A stretch of 64,000 nucleotides of DNA from a virus. The translations under genes were made by a program, and so were the position numbers. The notes beneath the pieces were generated by a model that saw nothing but the letters and a program-made list of their open reading frames with translations, did not search any database and was not told the DNA's origin. The stretch lies in IMG/VR virus record IMGVR_UViG_3300009550_000009; one strand, given 5' to 3'. Shown here piece by piece: positions 13,101-24,800 of this stretch (position 1 is its first letter; each line of letters starts with the position of its first letter).

Positions 13101-16100
13101 AATATGATGCTGCTTATTGCATTGTTCAAATTGCTGATGTATTAAATGGTAGTTATGAGTTAGCAGAAGTTGTTATGATTGATGACTTTGATGGATCAGA
13201 TCCAGAAAACATCATGTTGACTGAATTTGGTAATGTAAAAGTTGGAACAGCATTTGCAGGATTAGGAACAATTAGTGCAAGAAGAACTGGATCCGATAGT
13301 GATATAACTGAATTAACGTTCGTTCCAAACGCTGGTATCGGAGTTTCAATTACTACATTCTTAAATGCATTAAGACCAGAGGAAAATAACACATTACTTC
13401 CAGCGGAGGCTACAAGAGAAGTTGGAGGAGAATCGGTTAAGGATTTACAAAATGCATCATTGGAAAGTGGTTTTGCAATTTATGAAGGAACAGATATTGC
13501 GATCAAGAGACAATTTGCTCTTGAGAATAATGGTAATCCAATATTCAAAAAACCATATGACGGTTCAAGTTCTCAAATAGTTGATTTAACAAACAATACA
13601 ATTACTCTTCCTAATCACTTCTTTACAAGTGGTCAAAAAGTCAATTACTCACCGGGTGCTGGAACATCAATTGGTATCGATACTGCACCATTCAGTATGC
13701 CTGAATCTGTATTCATTATTAAAAAAGGTGAAGACAAAGTTCAACTCGCTTTAACAGCGCAAAATGCATTAAAAGAAATAGCACTACCAGTTGGATTATC
13801 AACAGTTGGTATTGGAACATCACATACATTTACAGCAATTGATCCTAATCAAAAGGTGTTAGTTGCAATTGATAATGCGATTCAATCACCTGTTGCAGGA
13901 ACTTCTGTCACTACTACATTAGATAAGTCAACAACCATTGGAGATGATGTTATTCACTTCACTGGAATTACATCATTCTTTGGTGCAGACTATGTAAGGG
14001 TGGGAAGTGGAGTTACTGCAGAGATAATGAAAATTGTTTCTGTTGGGATAGGAACAACTAATGCAATAAAAGTAAGAAGAGGATGGTTAGGAACAACGAT
14101 AAGGGCTAGAGAAAGTGGTGCATTAGTTGAGAAAATAAGAGGTAACTATAATATTATTGAGAATGAAATAAACTTTACTGAAGCACCTCCGGGAAAAAAT
14201 CCAATTGGTTCAACTACAAATCCTCCTGACGAGAGAGACTTTGTTGGTATTACTACGTCATCTAGTTTCCAAGGTCGAGTCTTTACTCGTTCAGGTGTAA
14301 GAAATGGAACCGAAGAAACATACACAGATAATTATCTGTTTGATGATATAAGTCAAGGATTTAACGGACAAACAAAAGTATTTGATTTAACTCATAGTAA
14401 TGGAACATCAATCACTGGTGTCTCAACAAACAATGCTTTAGTATTAATAAATGGTATCTTACAAGCTCCCGGTTCAAATGGAGACTTTACTCTATCACAA
14501 CCTTCAGGAACACAATTAACTTGGACAGGTTCTGCTAGTTCAGTTGCAAGAGATCCTAACAATGCATCAATACCAGTTGGTGGTTTGATAGTTTCTGTTG
14601 GATCAACAAGAGGATTCGGATATCAACCATTAGTATCTGCTGGTGGAACAGTTGTTGTGTCATCTGCAGGAACCATATCATCAGTATCAATTGGTAATAC
14701 TGGATCTGGTTATAGGGCAGGTATTCAAACAGTAGTTAACGTTGCAATTCAAACAGAAAGATTTAGTGGTTCTGGTGTTGTATCGATTGGAACTGCAGCA
14801 ATTTCGGATGGTCATATCACTAGCGTGGCAATCACAACTGATAGAGTTTTCTATATTCCAAGAGATATAACAAACGTTGGTTACACATCTATCACAGGTC
14901 TCACAACTGTTACTACATCTTCAGCACATGGATTAATAGTTGGTAATGAAATAGTTCTTTCTGGAATCGCATTGACATGTGACTATGCACCTGCTGTAGG
15001 TGTTCAAAGCGCAATTTATCATAGTGCTTCAGGAATCATGACTGTAACTACAAGTAGTGCACATGGTTTATCAATTACTGGAAAGAGTAGTGATGTTTTA
15101 TTGAATGATCTTGGTATGTCATCATCATCGAATGGAAGCACTCCAACTCATACTTTCCCAAGATCAGGAGATGATTCATTCTGTGGTGTCTCTGTTGCAG
15201 GTGTTGCTAGTGTCACTCAATTTAGTATTAACATAGGATCTGGAGTTACTCTCAGTAATTACATTAGCGGTGGAACAGTTCAACCTGTTTTAATATCACC
15301 TAGAGCAAATAATAATTCTGCAAGTAAACAAGATCCGGCATTTGATGGATCAACGGTTCTAAGAATTCTTAACTCAACTCAATTTGAAGTAAACACAGGT
15401 ATATCAACAAGAGCTCATAATTATGCTAGATGTGGTAAAGTTAATCAACTCATGAAAGTTGTTATTGATAAACCACTTTCATACTCAGATATACCTCTCG
15501 TTTACAGTGGAAATTCACCCGGTGTTGGAGGAACAGAAGCAAGAGCAGATGTTGTTGTAAGTCAGGGATCAACAGTTGTTAATTTCAAAATATCAAATCT
15601 AGGATATGGATATGGTGTTAATCATATTTTAACTCTTCCAAGATCAAATGATACAAATTTCTCAGCAGTGGGTATTCCTACTACATCTAGTTTCACTCCT
15701 GCACAAGAGTTAGAAATAACAGTTAATGAGGTTGATAGTGATCAATTTACAGGATGGGCAGTTGGTCAAATACAAGTTCTTGACAATTTCTCAAACTTGT
15801 TTGATGGATCAAGGAGGACATTCCCAATTACAGTAAGTGGTGAGGCATTATCAATTCAATCAAGACCCGGATCACTTGTTAAAGTTGAAGATACATTATT
15901 TGTGTTTGTCAATGATATTTTACAAATACCCGGAGAATCATATTCATTCCCCGGCGGAGCAACAATCACATTTGATGAACCACCAAAAGCTGAAGATAGT
16001 TTAAAAATATTATTCTATAGAGGAACTGGTGGTGCTGATGTTGTTGATAGAGATGTGATTGCAACTGTAAAGGTTGGTGATACTTTAACACTAGGATATC

Positions 16101-17311
16101 ATGAAGATTTAGATCAAAAGGATTGGTTGCAAGAAAATGAAAGAAGTGTTGTTGAAATAACATCATCTAATTCTGTTGACACAAACCCATATGATGGGCC
16201 AGGTGTTTTTGAGGATACAAGAGAAAAGAGACCGATTACTTGGACAAGACAAACTGAAGATCTCTTTATAGAAGGTAAATTAGTTGATAAGAGTCGTGAA
16301 TTGTATGATGGAAGAATATTCCCATCAACTCATATGATTCAATCAGTTGGTGTGGGAACAACAGTTGTTTATGTAAGTAACTTAAGACCTTACTTTAATC
16401 CAAAGAATGAAAACTTAGTTTCTACAGATTTCCAAAAAGATATTGTCATCTTTAATAATGCCGAAAGAGTCGCAGCTGCTGCCACTGCAGTTGTCTCATC
16501 TGCTGGAACTATAACCTCTGTGGTTATATCTGATGGTGGTAAAGGATATGTGAGTGCTCCATCTGTAACGATTCAAAATCCGGTTGGATTGGGAACAACC
16601 TCTCGTGCAGAAGCAACCGCCACATTATCTGGTGGTTCTGTATCTGCCATTACTGTCGGAGTTCAATCTGGTATTGGTTACACAAGTGCCAATCCTCCAG
16701 TAGTTTTAATTGCAGCAGAACCAACTGTAATCGAATCTAATACAGTTGTATCATTCGCTGGTGATAGTGGAGTCATAAGTGGAGTTGGAACAACTACTAT
16801 TGATAGTGTTTCAAATCCATGCATCATACTTGATCTAGTAATACCTTATGATTCTGACTTAAGAAATTCTAATATAACGCAAGGAACTACATCAGGAATA
16901 GTTACTTCTGGATTGCAAGTTAATGATTTCTTCGTTATTAAAAATTCAAATGTAGGAACTGCGATGTCATCATTAGATTATAATGATGGAAGTGTCGTTG
17001 GTATTGGATCAACTCGACTTGACAATGTTTATCGTGTCGCTGCTGTAAATTATGACCATGTTACAGATGCAGTTGGATTTGGACAGACCACAGTGACCCA
17101 AGTAACTGTAAGTGTTGCCAATACTTCAGGATTAGTTGGTTTAGCAAATAGTGAGTATTATGGTGATTATAGTTATGGTAAATTAATTTTATCAGAACGT
17201 AATGTATCTCGTGCTTATACAGTAAATACATCCGCTGGTATCGCTGGTATCGAAACTGGTGTGATTATAAACAGAAAGACTTCCTTAAAAGTAGGAAGTT
17301 ATACCACATAA
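4172..17311 (+). CDS. gp7: Giant baseplate wedge initiator gp7-like protein (~4,379 aa), split in the ORF track (4172-8887 and 9074-17311) by a single in-frame TGA at 8885-8887
   Basis: NQLPSYVREDFP..FLSQYY N-terminus and KDFYSTRGT motif; DNDYYQAFSYSIKS..HTAGFKKF core; lies between g6 and g8; both ORFs are in the same frame with 62 open codons between them. Confidence 0.85.
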
Positions 17312-17314
17312 ATA
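17307..17314 (+). promoter_or_regulatory. Late promoter (CATAAATA)
   Basis: NATAAATA upstream of g8. Confidence 0.7.
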
Positions 17315-17335
17315 ACTAAAAAAATAAATGGAATA

Positions 17336-18892
17336 ATGTCTGCCATCATAACTGACCAGATAAGAATATTAAATGCGAAGAATTTTGTAGCTGGAGTGTC
17401 TTCATCATCTAATTCTTATTACACTTTTGTTGGTTTGACTGAGCCGACAAAAATTCAAGCAACATGGAATAATAATCCACCAGCACCAATTGATAATTTT
17501 AATAATCAAAATGATTATTATGATACTATGATTGGTTTAAAAAAAGTAACAGCAAGCGATGTTAAACAAGTAGTAAAAAAAAGTAGTTGGACATCTGGAA
17601 CATCATACGATTATTACAGACCAGACTATAGTATTAGTAATCCTCCAAAACATGGACAAGGAACAGGATTATATAACGCAACATATTTTGTGATAAACAG
17701 TGATTTTAGAGTTTATATTTGTTTAGAAAATGGAACATCACCTGAAAATCCAGATGGCAAACCATCATTAGATGAACCAACATTTACTGATTTAGAACCT
17801 AAAGCTGCAGGATCTAGTGGTGACGGATATGTTTGGAAATATCTCTACACAATTAAACCATCTGAGTTAGTAAAATTTGATTCAACCGAGTATATGCCTG
17901 TGCCATCAAACTGGTCTACAGGAACTGATGACTCAGCAGTAAGAGATAATGCTGTTGATGGTGGTATAAAAGTTGTTGTGATACAAAATCGTGGCGTAGG
18001 ATTAGGAACCGCGAATAGAACTTATACAAGAGTTCCAATTAAAGGAGATGGTAGCGGTGCAGAGTGCACTGTAACTGTCAATGCAGATCAGCAAATAGGA
18101 TCTGTTGATATTACTAATCAAGGGTCTGGATATACTTTCGGAACCGTTGATATTGTTGCTGGTGGTCTACCAAGACCTGATTCATACCCTCAACTTGATG
18201 TGATAATTCCTCCACAAGGTGGTCATGGTAAGGACATCTATAAAGAATTGGGTGCATCTAATGCCTTAGTTTATTCTAGAATTGAAAATGATCCAGAAAA
18301 TCCAGATTTCATAACTGGAAACGAAATATCAAGAGTTGGTATTATTGAGAATCCTCAAGCGTTTGGTTCATCTTCATTATTAAGTTTAGATAAAGCGAGT
18401 GCAGCATACGCTCTTCGTTTAACTGGAACAGGTTATAGTTCTGCTACGTTCACTGCAGATTCTATAATTACACAAACTACTGGAACAGGTGTGACTGCCA
18501 TTGGAAAAGTTCTTGGATACGATCAAGTCACCGGTGTTTTAAAATATTGGCAAGATCGAACCATGGCAGGATTTACCACTGTTGGTGTAGGGACAACGGC
18601 ACCAATACATGGTTTTAATTTAGATAGATTTACTGCTGATATTTCATCAGGAGGAAGTTTAAATATCGTTCCTAATGATGGGTCAAATACTCTTGCGATT
18701 CAAACATCATTTAGTGGTTTATCCACCTCAATAAATAATAAGACATACTATCTTGGTCAAACTTTTGTTAATGGTGTATCTAACCCAGAAGTTAAAAAAT
18801 ACTCTGGAAATATTATTTACGTTGATCATCGACCAGCTATCACTCGTTCTTCTAATCAAAAAGAAGATATCAAAGTTATATTGCAGTTCTAA
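17336..18892 (+). CDS. gp8: Baseplate wedge subunit gp8
   Basis: MSAIITDQIRILNA; VYICLENG; DGYVWKYLYTI; QKEDIKVILQF C-terminus. Confidence 0.95.
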   Translation: MSAIITDQIRILNAKNFVAGVSSSSNSYYTFVGLTEPTKIQATWNNNPPAPIDNFNNQNDYYDTMIGLKKVTASDVKQVVKKSSWTSGTSYDYYRPDYSISNPPKHGQGTGLYNATYFVINSDFRVYICLENGTSPENPDGKPSLDEPTFTDLEPKAAGSSGDGYVWKYLYTIKPSELVKFDSTEYMPVPSNWSTGTDDSAVRDNAVDGGIKVVVIQNRGVGLGTANRTYTRVPIKGDGSGAECTVTVNADQQIGSVDITNQGSGYTFGTVDIVAGGLPRPDSYPQLDVIIPPQGGHGKDIYKELGASNALVYSRIENDPENPDFITGNEISRVGIIENPQAFGSSSLLSLDKASAAYALRLTGTGYSSATFTADSIITQTTGTGVTAIGKVLGYDQVTGVLKYWQDRTMAGFTTVGVGTTAPIHGFNLDRFTADISSGGSLNIVPNDGSNTLAIQTSFSGLSTSINNKTYYLGQTFVNGVSNPEVKKYSGNIIYVDHRPAITRSSNQKEDIKVILQF

Positions 18893-18898
18893 TAACTC

Positions 18899-21800
18899 AT
18901 GGCTCAATCAACAAATCTAAATGTATCGCCATATTTTGACGATTTTAATGCAGATGACAACTATTATAAGGTTCTATTTAAACCGGGACTTCCAGTTCAG
19001 GCAAGAGAACTAACTGGTTTACAGTCAATATTGCAAGATCAAATATCAAAATTTGGTCAACATATATTTAAAGAAGGTGCTAAAGTAATTCCCGGAAATA
19101 CATCGTATTTTAAGGATTATTTTTGTGTTGAAATTAATAATGAATATCTAGGTGTTACTGTAGAGTCATATATTGATCAATTAATAGGAAGGAAAATAGT
19201 TGGTTTAACCACCGGTGTCACAGCAGTTATAGTTAAAATATTAAAATCAAGCGATTCGGAAAGAAATAATTTAACTCTTTATATAAAGTATCATTCATCA
19301 AACGTAGAAAATAATTCAGGTGGTTTATTTGATAATGGTGAATTACTAGCAGCAGATGTTGATATAATTTCAGGGCCTGAAAATAGCACATTTATACCTA
19401 GTGGTGAAGCATTTGCATCCACTGTTTCTACAGATTCAACATCAACTGGTGCAGCTTATTCTATATCTGAAGGTGTATATTTTGTTAGAGGAACATTTGT
19501 AAATGTAAATTCAGAAACAATTTTATTAAGTCAATACTCAAATACTCCAACAGGAAGAATTGGTTTAAGAGTATTAGAGGAAACTGTAAATTCAGATGAG
19601 GATTCATCACTAACTGATAATTCAAAGGGATTTAATAACTTTGCTGCACCCGGTGCAGATAGATTAAAAATAAGTTGCTCTCTTTTCTTTAAAGGAATTG
19701 ATGATTTAAATGATGATGATTTTGTAGAATTAGCATCAGTAAGAAACGGTGAATTAAGAACTAGACCAACAACCAGTCAATACAATATTCTTGGTGATGA
19801 ATTAGCAAGAAGAACATTTGCTGAGTCTGGTGACTATACAGTAAAACCATATTCAATATCTGTAAAAGAATCTTTAAATGATGATATTGGAAATAATGGT
19901 GTCTTCTTTGATGGTCAATCAACTGATGAGGGATCTATTGCATCAGAAGAAACTGGACTATATCAAGTGTCTGCTGGTAGAGCATTTGTAAAAGGTTATG
20001 AAATAGAAAATATAGCATCAACTTATCTTGATTTTGAAAAACCAAGAACAGAAAAAACACTTGCTAACCAGAGAGTAAATTATAATACTGGTTCAACTAT
20101 AAGATTAAACAATCAACAGGGTGCTCCAGAGGTTGGTATAGGTAACACTTTTGTTGTAAGTTTACGTGATAGTAGAGTAAATACATTAGCCACAGCAGAT
20201 TCATCTATTGAAGGAAATGAGATTGGTGTTGCAAGAGTGTATGATTTTGCACTAGAGTCTGGATCATATAATACATCAAATTCAAAAATTAACGAATATG
20301 ATATATCACTTTTTGATATTCAAACATTTACAACAGTAACTTTAAATCAAGCAATTAGTTTATCTACTCCTGCATTTATAGAAGGAAAATATAGTGGTGC
20401 AACAGGATTTTTAAGATCTTCAACATCAACTGATGCATTAACAATATATGACAAATCTGGTGAATTAGTTGTAAATGAACCACTAATTATAAATGGTATT
20501 GAGAATTCAAGAATTGCAGTTGCTTTAACATCATTTGGAATGTCAGATGTTAAATCATTATACGCTGGGCCAAAGTTAGGTAATGTTGGAGCAGGAAGAA
20601 GTTTTGTAGGAGATGTAATACAAAAAGATGAGTTTATTTTTGGCAATGCATTAATAAAAAGATCAGACCTTACTACTGGTTTAAGCACAATAACATCTTC
20701 AAATCCAGAGTTTCCGGGTAAACTGAAAAAAGGTAATTTATTGAAATTTGGACTAGGTAATAATGATCCAAATTTTGCAAAAGTAACTGTTGTTGGAACA
20801 AATGATATTACAGTATCTGGTGTTACTACTGTAACAGGTATTTGTGATGGTGGTTTGCCTGAAGGTTCAGATTCTCTTGATACCACACTTACAGATTTAA
20901 CTTTAATAACATCACCTTTTGCCAAATCAAGTGATGATAATTTATTTACAGAGATGCCTAAAAAGAACATCTCAAATGTTGATTTGACCAGAGCATCGTT
21001 AACCATAAGAAAAACTTTTAACGTAACAATTAACAAAACAACAGATTCACTTGCCACAGCAGTTGATGCAGATACAAATGAAACCTTTTTACCATTTGAT
21101 GAAGAGAGATATTGTTTAATAAGAAGAGTTGATGGAGTTACTGAAGTTCTAACATCTGATAAATTTACATTTACAAATGGTGGTGGAACTCTGCAGATAA
21201 ACAACATTGGATCTGATCTTTCAGCAAACCAATCTGCAACCTTAATCGCAACACTCGTTAAAACAAATCCCAAATCAAAAGTAAAAAGAAAAGAAAGAAT
21301 CAATACTTTAATAGTCGATAAATCTAGAGTTGCTGGTGCTGGTATAGGTGGCACTACTCTTAATGATGGTTTAACACATGGAAGTTTCCCATTTGGAACT
21401 CGTGTTCAAGATAAAAAAATATCATTAAACACACCTGATGTAATAGAGGTATTAGGAATATATGAATCAACAGATACATCTAATCCATCAAGTCCAAAAG
21501 TAATATTATCAGCGATTGATGGACAAACTGGTAGAACAGAAGATCTAATAGTTGGTGAAAAAATGAAAGGCACTCAATCAGGTGCTGTAGCGATATATGC
21601 TGAGAAATTATCTGACGCTCAAATTTCATTCGTTTACTTAAATGATAATAGATTCAAAACTGGCGAAACAATCAACTTCCAAGAGTCCAATGTAGGTGCG
21701 ATTGCAAACACAATTGATGAACCTAGTAAAAATATATCTGCTAACTTTAGTTTCAATACTGGGCAGAAGAATACAATTTATGACCATGGATTTATTAGCA

Positions 21801-24800
21801 GAAAAGAGGATGCTAACCAACCAAGTAAAAAAATAAAAATATATTTTGAAAATGCATATTTTGAAGCAGCAGATGAGGGAGATATAACTACTGCAAATTC
21901 TTATAATGGATTAGACTATGGTAAAGATGTTCAATCTTTCAACGGTGTTCGTAATACAGATTTAATTGATATTAGACCTAGAGTTTCAAATTACTCAGTT
22001 TCTGAGAGTAGTCGTTCTCCATTAGAATTTTTTGGAAGAACATTTAATACGTCAGGAAACTCTGCTGCTAATGTATTGGCATCAGATGAATCTATCTTAA
22101 CTGATTTTTCTTTCTATCTCGGTAGAATTGATAGAATATTTTTAACAAAATATGGTAAGTTAACTGTTCAAACTGGAACACCTGCTGAAAATCCAGATCA
22201 ACCTGTTCCATTAGATGATTCTCTTGAAATAGCATCGGTTACACTACCACCATATCTTTATGATGTATCTCAAGCATCTCTATCTTTCTTAAAGCATAAG
22301 AGATATAGAATGCAAGATATTAGAAAACTTGAGACAAGGATAAGAAACTTAGAATACTATACTTCATTATCATTATTAGAAACAGCAACTTCTAATCTAT
22401 TTGTTTCTGATGCAGATGGTTTAAATAAATTTAAATCAGGATTTTTTGTAGATAATTTTACAACTTTCTTAACTCAAGAAAGTAATATAAAAATAAAAAA
22501 TAGTATTGATACTTACAATAAAGAAGCAAGACCATCTCATTATACTAACTCAATTGATTTAGTGGTTGGCCCAGTAGAAGGTGAAAATACAGTATCAAAT
22601 GGTGCAGACCCAGAAGGAACAAATATTAAATTAACAGGAACTGCATTAACTCTTGATTACTCTGAAGTTGAATTTATCAATCAACCATTTGGAACAAGAA
22701 CTGAAAGTGTTACTCCATTTTTACTTAATTTTTGGAAGGGTGCGATAGATCTTACTCCAGCATCTGATACTTGGGTTGACACAGTAAGACTTGAAGCAAA
22801 AGTCATAGAGGTTGAAGGAAACTTTGCTAAGACAATAAAAGAGGCAGAGAGAACTCAGGGTCTCGATCCTCAAACAGGATTGACTGAGATGATATGGCAA
22901 GGTTGGCAAACTGTTTGGACAGGAACTGAAAGAAATATAAGAACAAATACCCGAACAGAAGAAGTAGACAGAAATGTTGATGTGAATTCTCAACGTAGAA
23001 TTGAAACCTCTACTCTTAATACAATTCAAGATACCTTTACTGATAATTTCAGAGTTGGAACATCTACAAGACAAGGTTCACGAGAGTTAATTACTGAAAC
23101 ATATGATCAAGAATCTCTTGGTGATAGAACAATCAGTAAGGAAGTTATACCTATAATGAGATCAAGAAATATCGCATTTGAGGGTAAAGGATTTAAACCA
23201 CAAACAAGAGTTTACGGATTCTTTGATGGAGTCAATGTGACTAAACATTGTGTTCCAAAACTTCTTGAAATAAACATGAAGTCTGGTGTATTCCAAGTAG
23301 GTGAAACAGTAACAGGAACTGTAACTGATGGTGGAATTAATTCAGCTAGAATAACATTTAGAGTTGCAGTATCGAACCATAAAGAAGGCCCTTATAATTC
23401 TCCAACAAGAGTATATGCAACAAGTCCATATACATCTACCACTGGAGCAACACAGTTAGAGACATACTCAGGTGCTGCTGGTTCAGTTCAATTATCAGGA
23501 TCTGGAAGTGTAGCGATTATTCCATCTACTTATTCCTCAACATCAACAATATTAAATATTGATATAATTTCCCTTTCAGAGCAAGCACAAGGTGCTTATT
23601 TTGGACAAGTTACCACTGACATGGTATTGAAGGGTAATACTTCAGGAGCTGAAGCGGTTATTACTGATGTAAGATTAATCTCTGATTTCTCTGCTTCCGT
23701 CTTTGGTAGTTTCTTTATACCAGATCCAAATATACCAGTAAATAGTAGATTTGAAACAGGAAAGAGGGAATTTAGATTAACTGATAGTCAGACAAATGAC
23801 ATTGATTCTTCAACAACAGTTGGTAGTGATGTATTTGAAGCGACAGGAACTCTTGAAACTGTTCAGGAAAATATCCTTTCTGTTAGAAATGCAAAACGTG
23901 AAACACTTACTTCCACTCAGGATAGACCAGCAAGACAATTTATTGGAACTGATGTCAACACTGAAATTATTGGAACTCAACCATTAAGAAGAGTAGAAGA
24001 ATTTGATCAAGACGATCCATTAGCACAATCATTCTTTGTAAGTGAAAATAGTGGTGTTTATATTACAAGTTGTGAGGTTTACTTCTCGGCAGTTGATGAT
24101 AATAACGTTCCTGTTCAATTAGATATAAGAACTTTAAAATTAGGAGTTCCATCTCAAGAAGTTCTTCCATATTCACAAATATTACTTGATCCAGATCAAA
24201 TTACAACATCATCAAACGGATCAGTTGCAACTAAATTTACATTTAAATCACCAGTTTATTTGTCACCTGCAACTGAATATGCAATTTGCATGTTATCTGC
24301 ATCAGCTAAATACAGAGTTTTCATATCAAGGATTGGTGAAAATGATTTAATTACAGATGAATTTGTATCAAATCAACCTACATTAGGATCATTATTCAAA
24401 TCTCAAAATGCATCAACATGGGAACCAAGTCAATGGGAAGATTTAAAGTTTAAATTAAATAGAGCACAATTTGTTACATCAGGATCTGCTGAAATTTATA
24501 GTCCAATACTTGGTGAAGGTAATGCTCAAATTCCTAAATTATTACCAGATTCTCTTAGATTGAACTCTAAGAAAATAAGAGTTGGTATATCATCAGCTTT
24601 TGCTGCTGGTATACATCCTACATTAGGAAATACAATTTACCAAACTGTGTCTAATGCAACTGGTGATTTTGTAGGAAGTGCTGGTATTGCAACAGGTGAT
24701 TTAGGAGTAATAAGAGCAGGATTGGGATACACTCCAGCTTCTGGAAATCGTGGTCTAATAGGTATCGCTTTAACCACTATCACAGGTAGTGGTAGAAACG

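Noticed and set aside
20347-21354. 335-aa minus-strand ORF inside the VrlC-like gene
   Set aside because: Codon-register shadow of the sense gene; no motifs, RBS or promoter seen
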